Below are positions 28,117 to 37,326 of a DNA stretch of 52,924 nucleotides, in pieces. Position 1 is the stretch's first letter; every line of letters starts with the position of its first letter. Under the pieces are notes generated by a model that searched no databases, was not told where the DNA came from, and saw nothing but the letters and a program-made list of their open reading frames with translations. Source of the stretch: a virus (lineage: Duplodnaviria; Caudoviricetes); the IMG/VR virus record IMGVR_UViG_3300037515_000482, positions 1 to 52,924 of that record. One strand, given 5' to 3'. The position numbers and the translations under genes were made by a program.

Positions 28117-29490
28117 ATGAAAGACGCGATGAAGGCCAAGCGCGAGGACTTGAAGAAGCTCCTCGGCGAGCTGAAGACCGTGCAGGACCGCATGGGCGCG
28201 GGCGAGACCCTGACCCAGCCCGAGGCCGAGGCGGCCGACACGAAGGCCGTGGAGGCCGAGGCGCTGCAGACGGAGATCAAGACCTACGATGACCGCATGC
28301 GGCGCTTCTCCGGGCTGCAAGACGAGGGCTCGAAGATCTCCGACCCGGTGCTGCCGCCCGACGACAGCCTGGAGGACGGGCCCGAGACCAAGGCGGATCG
28401 CCGATCGCTGATCCAGCAGAAGGCGGCCGACGGCAAGCCGGTCGCGGCGTACATGCGCCTCGGCCACTACGTCGCGACGCAGAAGGCGCTGGCCGGGTTC
28501 GTGGCCCAGGGCATGCCGAAGGCTCAGGTCGTGCTGGCCTCGGTGCCCAGCCTGATCGCGCGCAAGGGCGAGCCGCTGGTGCCCGTCTCGCGCGAGATGC
28601 TCCAGGCAGCCTACGAGGCGAAGGCCGTGCCCACGCTCGGCACCGGCGTGATCGAGCCGGCGCGTGTGCCCGAGCTGGTGCGCGTCACCGAGCACGACCG
28701 GCTGCAGCTCCGGGACGTGCTCGACGTCCAGCCGACGAACTCCGACGCCGTGAAGTACACACGGCTTGTGAGCTACACGCGGGGCGCGGCTCCGGTCGCG
28801 AACTCGGCCGCGAAGCCCCAGGCCTCGATGGCCATGGACGCCGTGACCGAGCCGGTGCGCACCATCGCCGTGTGGATGCCGGTCGAGAATCAGCAGCTGT
28901 CGGACTACCCGGCGCTCGCAGGGCTCATCAACGGCGAGCTGCTCTACGACGTCGACAAGCACGTCGAGGAACTCGTGGTCTACGGCGACGGGACCGGCGA
29001 GAACTTCAACGGCATCGTCGCCGACCCGGCGGTGCTCGACTGCCGGACCGAGGTCGGTGACACGCTGATCGACATCGCGCGCCGGGGCGTGACCGACGTG
29101 CGGCGCGCGGGCTTCGAGCCGAACGCGATCCTGGTCGACCCGCTCGACTGGGAGGACATCGTGCTCGAAAAGGGTTCGGACAACCGCTACGTGTGGGTCG
29201 TCGTGACCGACGGCGCGACGCAGCGGCTCTGGGCCGTGCCCGTCATCGAGACGGTGGCCATGCAGGACTTCGCAGGGGTCGCGACCGAGGAGCGCAACCT
29301 GCTCGTCGGCGACTTCCGCCGCGGCGCCACGCTGTGGGACAAGGAGTCCGCGCAGATCTCGGTGGGCTGGATCAACGACCAGTTCGTCAAGAACCAGCGC
29401 ACCATCCTGGCTGAGATGCGCGCCGCGTTCGGCGTGAAGCGGCCGGGCGCGTTCCGGAAGCACCAGACGCAGGCGCCCAGCTCGAGCTGA
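28117..29490 (+). CDS. HK97-fold major capsid protein
   Basis: Coiled-coil delta domain; TIAVW, GDGTG, RLWAVPV, LLVGDF, FVKNQRTILAEMR. Confidence 0.93.
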   Translation: MKDAMKAKREDLKKLLGELKTVQDRMGAGETLTQPEAEAADTKAVEAEALQTEIKTYDDRMRRFSGLQDEGSKISDPVLPPDDSLEDGPETKADRRSLIQQKAADGKPVAAYMRLGHYVATQKALAGFVAQGMPKAQVVLASVPSLIARKGEPLVPVSREMLQAAYEAKAVPTLGTGVIEPARVPELVRVTEHDRLQLRDVLDVQPTNSDAVKYTRLVSYTRGAAPVANSAAKPQASMAMDAVTEPVRTIAVWMPVENQQLSDYPALAGLINGELLYDVDKHVEELVVYGDGTGENFNGIVADPAVLDCRTEVGDTLIDIARRGVTDVRRAGFEPNAILVDPLDWEDIVLEKGSDNRYVWVVVTDGATQRLWAVPVIETVAMQDFAGVATEERNLLVGDFRRGATLWDKESAQISVGWINDQFVKNQRTILAEMRAAFGVKRPGAFRKHQTQAPSSS

Positions 29491-29516
29491 CGGCACCTGA
29501 GGCCTGAGCGGTAACG

Positions 29517-29548
29517 GGCCGGGGGTCGCCAGCACGGGGCCCCCGGCC
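29517..29548 (+). terminator. GC-rich hairpin after the capsid gene
   Basis: GGCCGGGGG...CCCCCGGCC; no U-tract. Confidence 0.4.
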
Positions 29549-29580
29549 GAAGCGCAACACGCAGGACCGGGAGAGCAGCG

Positions 29581-30480
29581 ATGGCAGCCACGCGCAAAGT
29601 GACGGGTACGGTCCGCAAGCCGTCCGGCGAGCCGCATAGCGGCGTGCGCGTATCGTTCACGCTCGTTCCCGGCAGTTACACCCCCGACGATCAGTTCCCG
29701 CAGGGCAAGGTCTCGGTCACAACCGAGGCGGACGGCACGTTCGAGGCCACGCTCTGGACCAACGAAGTCGGTGAGATCGCGAGCGTCTACGTCTGCAAGC
29801 TGCCCTTCGGCGCCAGTTTTCGGTTCACGCTGCCCGCTGGCAGTACTCCGATTGAGCTATCTGTGCTGCGTCAGGCCGGAGTCACGCCGAGCGATCCGCA
29901 GTACGACACGCTCGTAACCTGGACGTTGGCTCAGTGGAAGAACGCGTGGGCCATCGGGACCGCTTATGCTCGTGGCGAGAAGGTGTCGCACGAGGGCTCA
30001 TCCTACATCGCCACAGCAGATACGACGGCGGGCCAAGAGCCCGGTGTCCATGCGTCGTGGGACCCGCTCGCGCTCCAGGGCGATCAAGGCATCCAGGGCA
30101 TCCAGGGCACCCAGGGCATCCAGGGCGAGCAAGGCACGAACGTCTACGACTTGGCGTTCTTCGTGGCGGGCAGCCCGGTTGATGACGAAATCGTAGGCAG
30201 CTTCGTCGCCGTTCGAGCAGTAACGCTCGCTGACGACTTCGCCGGGTCGCTGGCTCAGGCCGGAACAGCAGCTACGGCGGAGACGGTTTTCATCGTCAAC
30301 GTGAACGGCGCTCCGGTGGGCACCGTGACGTTCGCCGCCGCTGGGACGGTGGGCACACTCGTGACGACGGGCGGAGCGGTGGCGCTCGTGGCGGGTGACG
30401 TGCTGTCCCTCGTCGCTCCCGCTGTCGCGGATGCGACGATTGCCGACATCGCGATCACGTTGCTTGGGCTCGCTCCATGA
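29581..30480 (+). CDS. Putative virion decoration/fibre protein with CBM-like and short collagen-like segments
   Basis: W...TAYARGEKVSHEGSSY motif; (G-X-Q)n at about 30080-30135. Confidence 0.6.
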   Translation: MAATRKVTGTVRKPSGEPHSGVRVSFTLVPGSYTPDDQFPQGKVSVTTEADGTFEATLWTNEVGEIASVYVCKLPFGASFRFTLPAGSTPIELSVLRQAGVTPSDPQYDTLVTWTLAQWKNAWAIGTAYARGEKVSHEGSSYIATADTTAGQEPGVHASWDPLALQGDQGIQGIQGTQGIQGEQGTNVYDLAFFVAGSPVDDEIVGSFVAVRAVTLADDFAGSLAQAGTAATAETVFIVNVNGAPVGTVTFAAAGTVGTLVTTGGAVALVAGDVLSLVAPAVADATIADIAITLLGLAP

Positions 30481-31241
30481 GCCCTCTGGTGATGGTGCGC
30501 TCGCGTCGGCGTGGGTTCTCGCCTCTCAGCACGGGCAAGTTGCGCCTGTGGCTGCACGGTGGGGCGCGCACCTGGCAGGATGCGGCTATGACTGTTCCTG
30601 CTGCGCTGGACGGAGACGTAGTAGGTGGATGGGGCGAACGCAGCGGATTTCTCAACAACGTTACTCAGGCCACCACCGCCGCGAAGCCCGTGCTCAGGGT
30701 AGGTGCCCTGAACGGCAAGAACGTTCTGGAGTTCGACGGCACAGACGACCACCTGATCCGCACGAATACCGCTTCGCTGGAAGCCACGGACATGACCGTT
30801 ATGGCGGTGGCGAACGTGGTGGATCGGGTGACAAGTCTGGCGCTGGTGTCCCGGTGGGCAGGTGGGTTCCCCAGGTGGCGGCTGCAATTGCGTGAGAGCA
30901 CGCATCCGGCGAGCCAAGTAGTTCAGATGCTCTACGCGAACGCCAACGCAGCACGGACGGCTCCGGCGCTCAACACCTGGCACGTCTTCACGGGCGAGTA
31001 CAAGAGCGACGTGGGAGAAGTTCAGGTTCGACTCGACGATTCGACAGCCGTAGTCACTGCTGTGGCCGCAGGCGCTGTGAATCAGCGTGCGCTGTACGTG
31101 GGCGCCACCTGGGACGGGGCCGGCAATCCCTACTACTACCACAAAGGCTACATCGCGGAAATCTGCTATTTCGTCCCTTCGCTGACAGACGCTGAGCGCC
31201 TGCAAATGCTGGATTACTTCACGGCAGGATGGGGGCTCTGA
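30477..31241 (+). CDS. LamG/concanavalin-like virion protein
   Basis: LRLWL, FDGTDDHL, GYIAEI...LTDAE pattern. Confidence 0.7.
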   Translation: MSPLVMVRSRRRGFSPLSTGKLRLWLHGGARTWQDAAMTVPAALDGDVVGGWGERSGFLNNVTQATTAAKPVLRVGALNGKNVLEFDGTDDHLIRTNTASLEATDMTVMAVANVVDRVTSLALVSRWAGGFPRWRLQLRESTHPASQVVQMLYANANAARTAPALNTWHVFTGEYKSDVGEVQVRLDDSTAVVTAVAAGAVNQRALYVGATWDGAGNPYYYHKGYIAEICYFVPSLTDAERLQMLDYFTAGWGL

Positions 31242-31570
31242 TGGCGACCCGGACAGCCTACGCGCACCGACACTTCATCATCGTCGCAGTTGCGAAAGCG
31301 ACGGAGGCTGCTCGGGACGCGAAGGCGTGGGACCCAGACACGGGAGGAGATAGGACGTTCACCCACGTTCGTCTTTCAGCAACGGGTGCGGAGCCAGCTA
31401 CGCATTACGGGGCCGACACGGCAAGCACCGCTGCAATGCGTACCGGGGTATTGGCATCGCGGGACGGCAGTGTGATCTACGCGCTGTACCGGGAAGCGGA
31501 CGGCTGGACGTGGGAGAAGGCGTTGAGGGCAAGTGGGCTGAAGCTGATTGTAAAGGACCAGGAGAGATAA
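31241..31570 (+). CDS. Hypothetical protein
   Basis: TGATG coupling. Confidence 0.6.
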   Translation: MATRTAYAHRHFIIVAVAKATEAARDAKAWDPDTGGDRTFTHVRLSATGAEPATHYGADTASTAAMRTGVLASRDGSVIYALYREADGWTWEKALRASGLKLIVKDQER

Positions 31571-31571
31571 T

Positions 31572-32504
31572 GTGACCTACCAGGACCAGATCGCATCGGA
31601 CGGCAGCATCATCACGGCGGGCTACCGTGAGTGCGCGGAGCGATACCGGCAGATCGCCGCCGCGCTCACGACGCTCAGGCGTCCGTTCACGGTGCTCGAC
31701 CTGGGTGCGGCGTCCGGCTATTTCAGCCTGCGACTCACCGAGGACTTCGGCGCGCGCTGCGTCGCGGTTGACCGAAGCCGCGACGTCATGGCCGCCGAGG
31801 GGCGTGTCGCGGCTGTCGTGCATGGTGACCTCACTTCCGAGCAGATCCGGCGCCAGGGCACGTTCGACGTGATCCTCGCGCTGTCGTTCTTGCACCACCA
31901 GAACAATTGGCGCGCGGTGCTCGACGTGCTGGTGCGTTCGACTCGCTCCGCGCTGATCGTCGAAACGCCGAACCCGCGCGAGCGCCTGAAGCAAGCCGTG
32001 GCGCGCCACGAGCTGAGCGCGATCGAGGCCGCGCTGGCAAAAGCGGGGATGGTCCGCATCGGTACGAGCCCGAGCGTGTGGGACCCGTCGCTCCAGCGTG
32101 GGCTCTGGCTGCTCAGGCGTGAGGGCATCCGTGTTCAGGGCCACGTGTTCAGCGGGGGCGGAAATAATGGGACGTGGGTGCCACGCATGCGCTCCGAGTT
32201 GGGCGTGGTGCTCGGTTACGAGCCCTACGGTGGAAGCCTCAACGTCCGTTTGCCGCGCGCCTTCCGGCTCGGCGCCTATGCGATGGAGTACGTCGACGGG
32301 CAGAGAAGGCGCGGAGGACGCAAGGGCGGCGATTACCAGATCTGGCACGCGCGCGTCGAGGGTTACGACGGCCCGGCCCATGTGATGCGGCCCGGCGTCC
32401 GAGGCCATGGTCGCGACGTCCTGGAGGTCTGGGCGCCGGTGAAGCTTCGGGACACGCTGTCGCTCAGTGATGGCGATCCCATCATCTTGAGGGTCGGCGC
32501 ATGA
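31572..32504 (+). CDS. WbdD-like SAM methyltransferase fused to a CTP-dependent riboflavin-kinase-like (DUF120) domain
   Basis: YQ...RECAERY..I...RPFTVLDLGAASGYFSL...FDVILALSFLHH; then G.VFSG.G...LGYEPYGGSLNV...H...LEVWAPVKLRD.LSLSDGD. Confidence 0.75.
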   Translation: MTYQDQIASDGSIITAGYRECAERYRQIAAALTTLRRPFTVLDLGAASGYFSLRLTEDFGARCVAVDRSRDVMAAEGRVAAVVHGDLTSEQIRRQGTFDVILALSFLHHQNNWRAVLDVLVRSTRSALIVETPNPRERLKQAVARHELSAIEAALAKAGMVRIGTSPSVWDPSLQRGLWLLRREGIRVQGHVFSGGGNNGTWVPRMRSELGVVLGYEPYGGSLNVRLPRAFRLGAYAMEYVDGQRRRGGRKGGDYQIWHARVEGYDGPAHVMRPGVRGHGRDVLEVWAPVKLRDTLSLSDGDPIILRVGA

Positions 32505-33601
32505 CCGCGTTCGCGGCCGCCCCGTACTGGGATCGGCGCTACGCCACGGGCGGCACGTCCGGCGCGGGCTCGCGTGGGGCCGAGGCAGAGGAAAAGGTCC
32601 GGCTCGTGCAGCGCGTGATCGACGAGCATGGCGTGCGCTCCGTGCTCGATCTCGGGTGCGGCGATGGCTACGTGGCCTCCCGCCTCAGGGTCGCGGAATA
32701 CGTCGGCTACGACCCCGCGCCCTCGGCGCTCGCGCTCTGCCGTGCGGCCATGCCGGGCCGGGCGTTCGTGGGTGAGTTGCCCGCTGGCCCGTTCGACCTC
32801 GTGCTTTCGCTCGACGTGATGTTCCATCTCGTCGATGATGCCGACTACCGGGAGCATATCTTCTGGCTGCTCTCGCTGGGCTCGTGCGCGCTGGTGTGGT
32901 CGACCGACCACGCGGAGCGCGGGGCGAAGCACGTGCTGCACCGGAAATGGACGGCCGACGTCCCACCGGGCTGGGCCGTGACGCGGATCCCCACGGAGCA
33001 CAAGAGCGCCTATCTTCTCACGCGGAAGACGCCCGGCCGGGCCGAAGACGTGGAGGGGCTGATCCCGGCTTCGACCGGTCAGCTGCTTGAGAAGCTGGCG
33101 CGCAAGGTACCCGAGGGACAGCGCGTCGTGGAGATCGGCGCGTATACCGGCCGGAGCACGGCCTTCCTGGCGAGGGGATCCGCGGCGGGGCGCTGCGGCC
33201 TGCCGGTGCTCTCGATCGACCCGCACGGGATGGCTGGCGCCGAGATGGGACGCGGGGGCCGCTTCGCTGGCGAGCACGTGCGCGCGACATACCTCCGCAA
33301 CCTGGCCGACGTGGGCGCGCTGCCTCACGTCGAGGCGGTGCGAGCGCTGTCGTCGCGCGCGTCGCTGCCGCGGGAGCCGATCGGTCTGCTCTGGATCGAC
33401 GGCGACCATAGCCGCGCCGCCGTGGTGGAGGACGTTCGACGCTGGGCGCCGCTCGTGGCCCCGGGCGGGTTCATCGTCTTCGACGACTACGGCACGCATC
33501 ACCCGGGCGTGAACGACGTCGTGCACCGGATGATGAAGGATCCGCAGTGGCAGGACTGGCTCGCATTCCCGAAGCCCCTGGCCTGGGCGAGGCGCGCATG
33601 A
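32501..33601 (+). CDS. Double methyltransferase (class I plus Methyltransf_24-like)
   Basis: YWDRRY..G.TSGAGS...VLDLGCGDG; VVEIGAYTGRST...WIDGDHS...PGG.IVFDDY. Confidence 0.85.
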   Translation: MTAFAAAPYWDRRYATGGTSGAGSRGAEAEEKVRLVQRVIDEHGVRSVLDLGCGDGYVASRLRVAEYVGYDPAPSALALCRAAMPGRAFVGELPAGPFDLVLSLDVMFHLVDDADYREHIFWLLSLGSCALVWSTDHAERGAKHVLHRKWTADVPPGWAVTRIPTEHKSAYLLTRKTPGRAEDVEGLIPASTGQLLEKLARKVPEGQRVVEIGAYTGRSTAFLARGSAAGRCGLPVLSIDPHGMAGAEMGRGGRFAGEHVRATYLRNLADVGALPHVEAVRALSSRASLPREPIGLLWIDGDHSRAAVVEDVRRWAPLVAPGGFIVFDDYGTHHPGVNDVVHRMMKDPQWQDWLAFPKPLAWARRA

Positions 33602-34218
33602 AGATCCCGCGCATCATCCATCGGATATGGATCGAGGGCAGCCCGCCCATGCCGAGCGCTTTTGTGGCCAACGGCGTGCGTTGGGGCGCGCTCAACCCCG
33701 GCTGGACCGTGCGCCACTGGGCCAGGCCGGACTTCCGGATGCGGAACGCGTGCCTGTACCGTAGGGCTCCCGCGAACGACGCGCTGCGCTACCGGTCGGA
33801 CCTGCTCCGGCTGGAGATCCTGGCGCGCGAAGGCGGCGTGTACGTCGACACCGACATGGAGCCGCTTCGCCCGCTCGACGAGCTGCTCACGGGGCATGCG
33901 GCCGTCGCGGCCTACAGCCCGAATCGGTGGAAGGGCGAGCGCGTGTTGTCGAACGCGTTTTTGGCGGCCGTGCCCGGCCATCCGTGGATCCTACGCTGCG
34001 TCGAGAAGATGCCGCTCTCGATCCAGGCCCACCGCGGGCAGTTCCTGGCGATGGTCACGGGCCCCCACCACGTCAACCGCTGCCTGCGTCCCGGTGACGA
34101 CGTGCACCTCCTGGAGCCCGCGACCCTTTACCCGACGACCGCAATCGAACTCGCCGGCGCCTACGCCTTCCACGCCTGGGCGAATCGTGCCCAGCTCAAG
34201 CGGGAGGCGCTCGCGTGA
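33598..34218 (+). CDS. GT32 (OCH1/DXD-type) glycosyltransferase
   Basis: KIPRIIHRIW, SDLLRLEIL..EGGVYVDTD, TGP, HAW. Confidence 0.9.
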   Translation: MKIPRIIHRIWIEGSPPMPSAFVANGVRWGALNPGWTVRHWARPDFRMRNACLYRRAPANDALRYRSDLLRLEILAREGGVYVDTDMEPLRPLDELLTGHAAVAAYSPNRWKGERVLSNAFLAAVPGHPWILRCVEKMPLSIQAHRGQFLAMVTGPHHVNRCLRPGDDVHLLEPATLYPTTAIELAGAYAFHAWANRAQLKREALA

Positions 34219-35957
34219 AGCCCCTCCTCGACCTCGCGGTGGTCACGAGCTGCCACAATTACGGCCGATATCTCGCGGAGTGGACAGGGAGCCTCGTCGC
34301 GCTCACGACGTGGCCCCGGGTCGTCGCGCTCGTGGACAACGGCAGCACCGACGCCACGCCCGCTCAGATGGAGGCCGCGGCCCGGCTGCTCCGAGCCGCC
34401 GGACTCCCCGACGTGCGCACTGAGCGAATGGCCCTTGCCAACTTCGGCGCCGCCCGGAACAGGGCCGTCGAGCTGGGCGCGGGCACCGAGTGGGTGATGC
34501 ACATGGACGCCGACGACACGTTCATGCCGCACTGCCTGGACGAGGTGGCCCGGCTGATGCCGTCGGCCGACGTGATCCCGCTCGGTTACCAGCGCTCGGG
34601 TGACCTGGCCGCCGGGCCCTCGAACCGCACGAGACTCTACCAGCACTCCCGCGGCCAGAGCACGCTGAAAAGCTCCGCCCCTGCGTCCGGCGTGAGCCCG
34701 TTCCGCCGCGCGCTCTGGGAGCACACGCCCTATCGTGACGACATGCCGGGCGGCTGGGACACCGCGCTTTGGATCGGGTTCGCGCATCAGAACGCGCGGT
34801 TCGTCGCGGTGCGCACCCGGCCGTGCTTTTTCTACCGCCAGCACGCGGACTCGATCTTCAACACGCGCCGGGTCAACCGGCGCCGTGGTCGCCGGGTCGG
34901 CGCCAAGCTCCAGAACCTGCGCCGCGGCCGCACGGGCGTGAGCGTGCTGGTGCCGCGCCGGAGCGACGGGGGCGGGCCCCGCGACGTCGCCTGGGCGTGG
35001 CTCCGCGCGCGCTACGAGGCGCTCTACCCGGAGTGGGAGGTCGTCGAGGGCACGGACATCGGAGGCCCATTCTGCAAGGGCGCGGCCGTGGCCGACGCCG
35101 TGGGCCGCAGCCGCGGCAATACGCTGGTGATCGCCGACGCGGACTGCGTAATGAGCGCTGAGGCGCTCAGGGAGGCCGTCGCGCTCGTCGAGATCGGCGA
35201 GGCGCCGTGGGTCGTGCCGCACACGCTCGTGCACCGGCTGGACCGGGCTGCGTCCGAGGCCGTGGTCGCCCTGGGGTCGCGGGCCGATCCGCCCTTCAAA
35301 GGCGCCTACGCCCGCAAGGCCTATGTGGGATTCGCCGGCGGCGGCTTCATCGTCGTCGACGCCTCGGCGTGGGACGCGACGGGCGGGATGCCCATGGCGT
35401 TCGCCGGCTGGGGTGCGGAGGACGAGGCGACCGCAGTGATCCTCGATACCCTCGTCGGCCCGCACGTCCGACTCGAGCACGACCTCTGGCACCTCTGGCA
35501 CCCGCACGCCCGGTCGGATTCCGCCAAGGCGCAGCAGCTTGCGAACCGGGTGCTCTATCGACAGCTCGCGAGCCTCGCGGGCGACCCCGACGCGCTGTTC
35601 GGCGTGCTCGAGCGGCTCGCCCTGGGTGAGGCTCCGGAGCAGGCCGTCGCCTGCGTGGGTGCCGGCGTGCTCATGGTCGCGTTGATGGACTTCCAGCGCG
35701 GCACCGAAGTGATCAAACGGGGCGGTCCATTCCTGGCCACGGAGGACGAGGCACGCCGCCACGAGACCCGGCCGCGCAAGATCGCCGTGCGCGCCGATTC
35801 CCCGCTCGCGCACGTGCGGCGTCAGGACCTCGCGGAGATGGCGGCCGCACGAAACAAGCAGCGCGCGCGCAACGACGCCGCGCGCCAGGGGGCGGAGGAG
35901 CGCGTGGCCGCCCTGCACGATCATGAGGCCCGGCTCGCTGCCGCGGCCGGCGACTAA
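34215..35957 (+). CDS. Tandem GT2-like glycosyltransferase
   Basis: HNYGRYL, VDNGSTD, ARN, MDADD; second domain ADAD, F.GWGAED, HLWHP. Confidence 0.88.
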   Translation: MKPLLDLAVVTSCHNYGRYLAEWTGSLVALTTWPRVVALVDNGSTDATPAQMEAAARLLRAAGLPDVRTERMALANFGAARNRAVELGAGTEWVMHMDADDTFMPHCLDEVARLMPSADVIPLGYQRSGDLAAGPSNRTRLYQHSRGQSTLKSSAPASGVSPFRRALWEHTPYRDDMPGGWDTALWIGFAHQNARFVAVRTRPCFFYRQHADSIFNTRRVNRRRGRRVGAKLQNLRRGRTGVSVLVPRRSDGGGPRDVAWAWLRARYEALYPEWEVVEGTDIGGPFCKGAAVADAVGRSRGNTLVIADADCVMSAEALREAVALVEIGEAPWVVPHTLVHRLDRAASEAVVALGSRADPPFKGAYARKAYVGFAGGGFIVVDASAWDATGGMPMAFAGWGAEDEATAVILDTLVGPHVRLEHDLWHLWHPHARSDSAKAQQLANRVLYRQLASLAGDPDALFGVLERLALGEAPEQAVACVGAGVLMVALMDFQRGTEVIKRGGPFLATEDEARRHETRPRKIAVRADSPLAHVRRQDLAEMAAARNKQRARNDAARQGAEERVAALHDHEARLAAAAGD

Positions 35958-35972
35958 CCGACGGAGGAACCC

Positions 35973-36479
35973 ATGGCCGCAGGACGAGATACCGCACGAT
36001 TCACCCGGCAGATCCGCCGGGAACAGCACGAGCGCAACCGGATCGCGACCCAGGAAGCAGAGGAGCGTCGCACCCAGCTTGAGCGTGAGGCGGGAATGAC
36101 TCCCTCCGATCTGCGCCGCGCCAAGGCGCGGGAACGCCGGACGTCGCTGCTCGTGCGTCGAGGCCATCGGGTGCTCGGCGTGACCGAGGCGATGGACCGC
36201 GCGCGCTACGAAGACAAGATGGACCGGGGCGGCGAGGACAAGGTGGTGGAGCCGGAGTTCGACTTCGAGCCGGAGCCGAAAGAGGAAGAGATCCGCGACG
36301 TCTTCGAGCCCGATGCCACCCTCACCGACTTTGCGTCCTGGCAGGCGCGGAAAAAGGCCGAGGAGTACGGGCTCACCACCGAGATGCTCGCCGACCAGCA
36401 CCGGTCTTCGGTGGCCGGCTTCACCGTCGCCGACATCGAGCGGATCGCGGCTGAGCTGACCGGTGAGGGCACCGCCTGA
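35973..36479 (+). CDS. Protein with C-terminal E3-binding (PSBD)-like motif
   Basis: FASWQARKKAEEYGL...GFTVADI; RBS GGAGG. Confidence 0.6.
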   Translation: MAAGRDTARFTRQIRREQHERNRIATQEAEERRTQLEREAGMTPSDLRRAKARERRTSLLVRRGHRVLGVTEAMDRARYEDKMDRGGEDKVVEPEFDFEPEPKEEEIRDVFEPDATLTDFASWQARKKAEEYGLTTEMLADQHRSSVAGFTVADIERIAAELTGEGTA

Positions 36480-36793
36480 TGGCCGCCGCCCGGGTGCAGG
36501 AACGGTTGCTGGCCCTGGCGGGCCGCCGCGTCCGGGCGGCGATGCGCCGCGCCTACCCCGCACTCGCGGCCGGAGGCGCGGAGCGCGTCCGCGTGGCACG
36601 CCCCGACGCTGTGCCCTCCGACCCGCTGGACGGCGTGACGTTCGCTTCCCCGCGGGCCCGGGCGGTCGCGGAGGAGCTCGGGCTCAGCTGGGGCGACTTC
36701 ACGCACAGCGCCATCGGCGCGAGCGGGGACGGCGGGTACCGCACGAGCGACGTGCGCGCCGTCGCCGCCGGGCGTGAAGGAGGCGGCCCATGA
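36479..36793 (+). CDS. Protein with E3-binding (PSBD)-like motif
   Basis: FASPRARAVAEELGL...SGDGGYRTSDV. Confidence 0.6.
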   Translation: MAAARVQERLLALAGRRVRAAMRRAYPALAAGGAERVRVARPDAVPSDPLDGVTFASPRARAVAEELGLSWGDFTHSAIGASGDGGYRTSDVRAVAAGREGGGP

Positions 36794-37326
36794 TCGAGAT
36801 CTCCGCGCTCAAGGTGTGGCTGGGCGTCACGGTCAGCACGCATGACGACGTGCTCACGGCCCTGGAGGCCCGGGCGGTCGCGACGATCGAGCGTGAGCTG
36901 GACTGGTACTTCGGCGAGCCGCGCGACGCGGTCGAGGTGCTCGACGGAACGGGAGGAGCCGTGCTCTACCTGCGCCAGCCGCCGGTCGACGGGACGGTCA
37001 CGCTCGCGAGCCGGAGCGGGCCCACGGGGTCGTGGACCACGATGGACTCCACGGACTTCGAGCTCGACGGCCGTGCGCTGTACGCCAGCGGGATCTGGAC
37101 GCGAGGCGTTCGCAACTACCGGGCGACGTACCAGGAGGGCTTCGTGGCAGCGCCCCAGGACATCGAGCAGCTCGTGCTGGACCTGGTGGCCGCGCTCTGG
37201 CGTGGCCGGGGCCGGGAGGGCCTCGCGTCCGAGTCGATCGGCGACTATGCCTACACGGTCAAGGATCTCCAGGAGCTGCCCCGCTGGGTCGGCGTGCTGG
37301 GCGCGTGGAGGCGTGGACGGATATGA
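36790..37326 (+). CDS. Head-tail connector (gp6-like)
   Basis: LKVWLGV...DD.L, Y..GF...P.DI, SESIGDYAY. Confidence 0.8.
   Translation: MIEISALKVWLGVTVSTHDDVLTALEARAVATIERELDWYFGEPRDAVEVLDGTGGAVLYLRQPPVDGTVTLASRSGPTGSWTTMDSTDFELDGRALYASGIWTRGVRNYRATYQEGFVAAPQDIEQLVLDLVAALWRGRGREGLASESIGDYAYTVKDLQELPRWVGVLGAWRRGRI

Noticed and set aside
31572-35957. Cassette as a DNA hypermodification pathway
   Set aside because: No base-hydroxylating or nucleotide-synthesis genes, and it lies in the structural operon; less likely but not excluded
27121-36599. Very long antisense ORFs (838 aa, 812 aa and others)
   Set aside because: Shadows of high-GC coding strands, with no motifs
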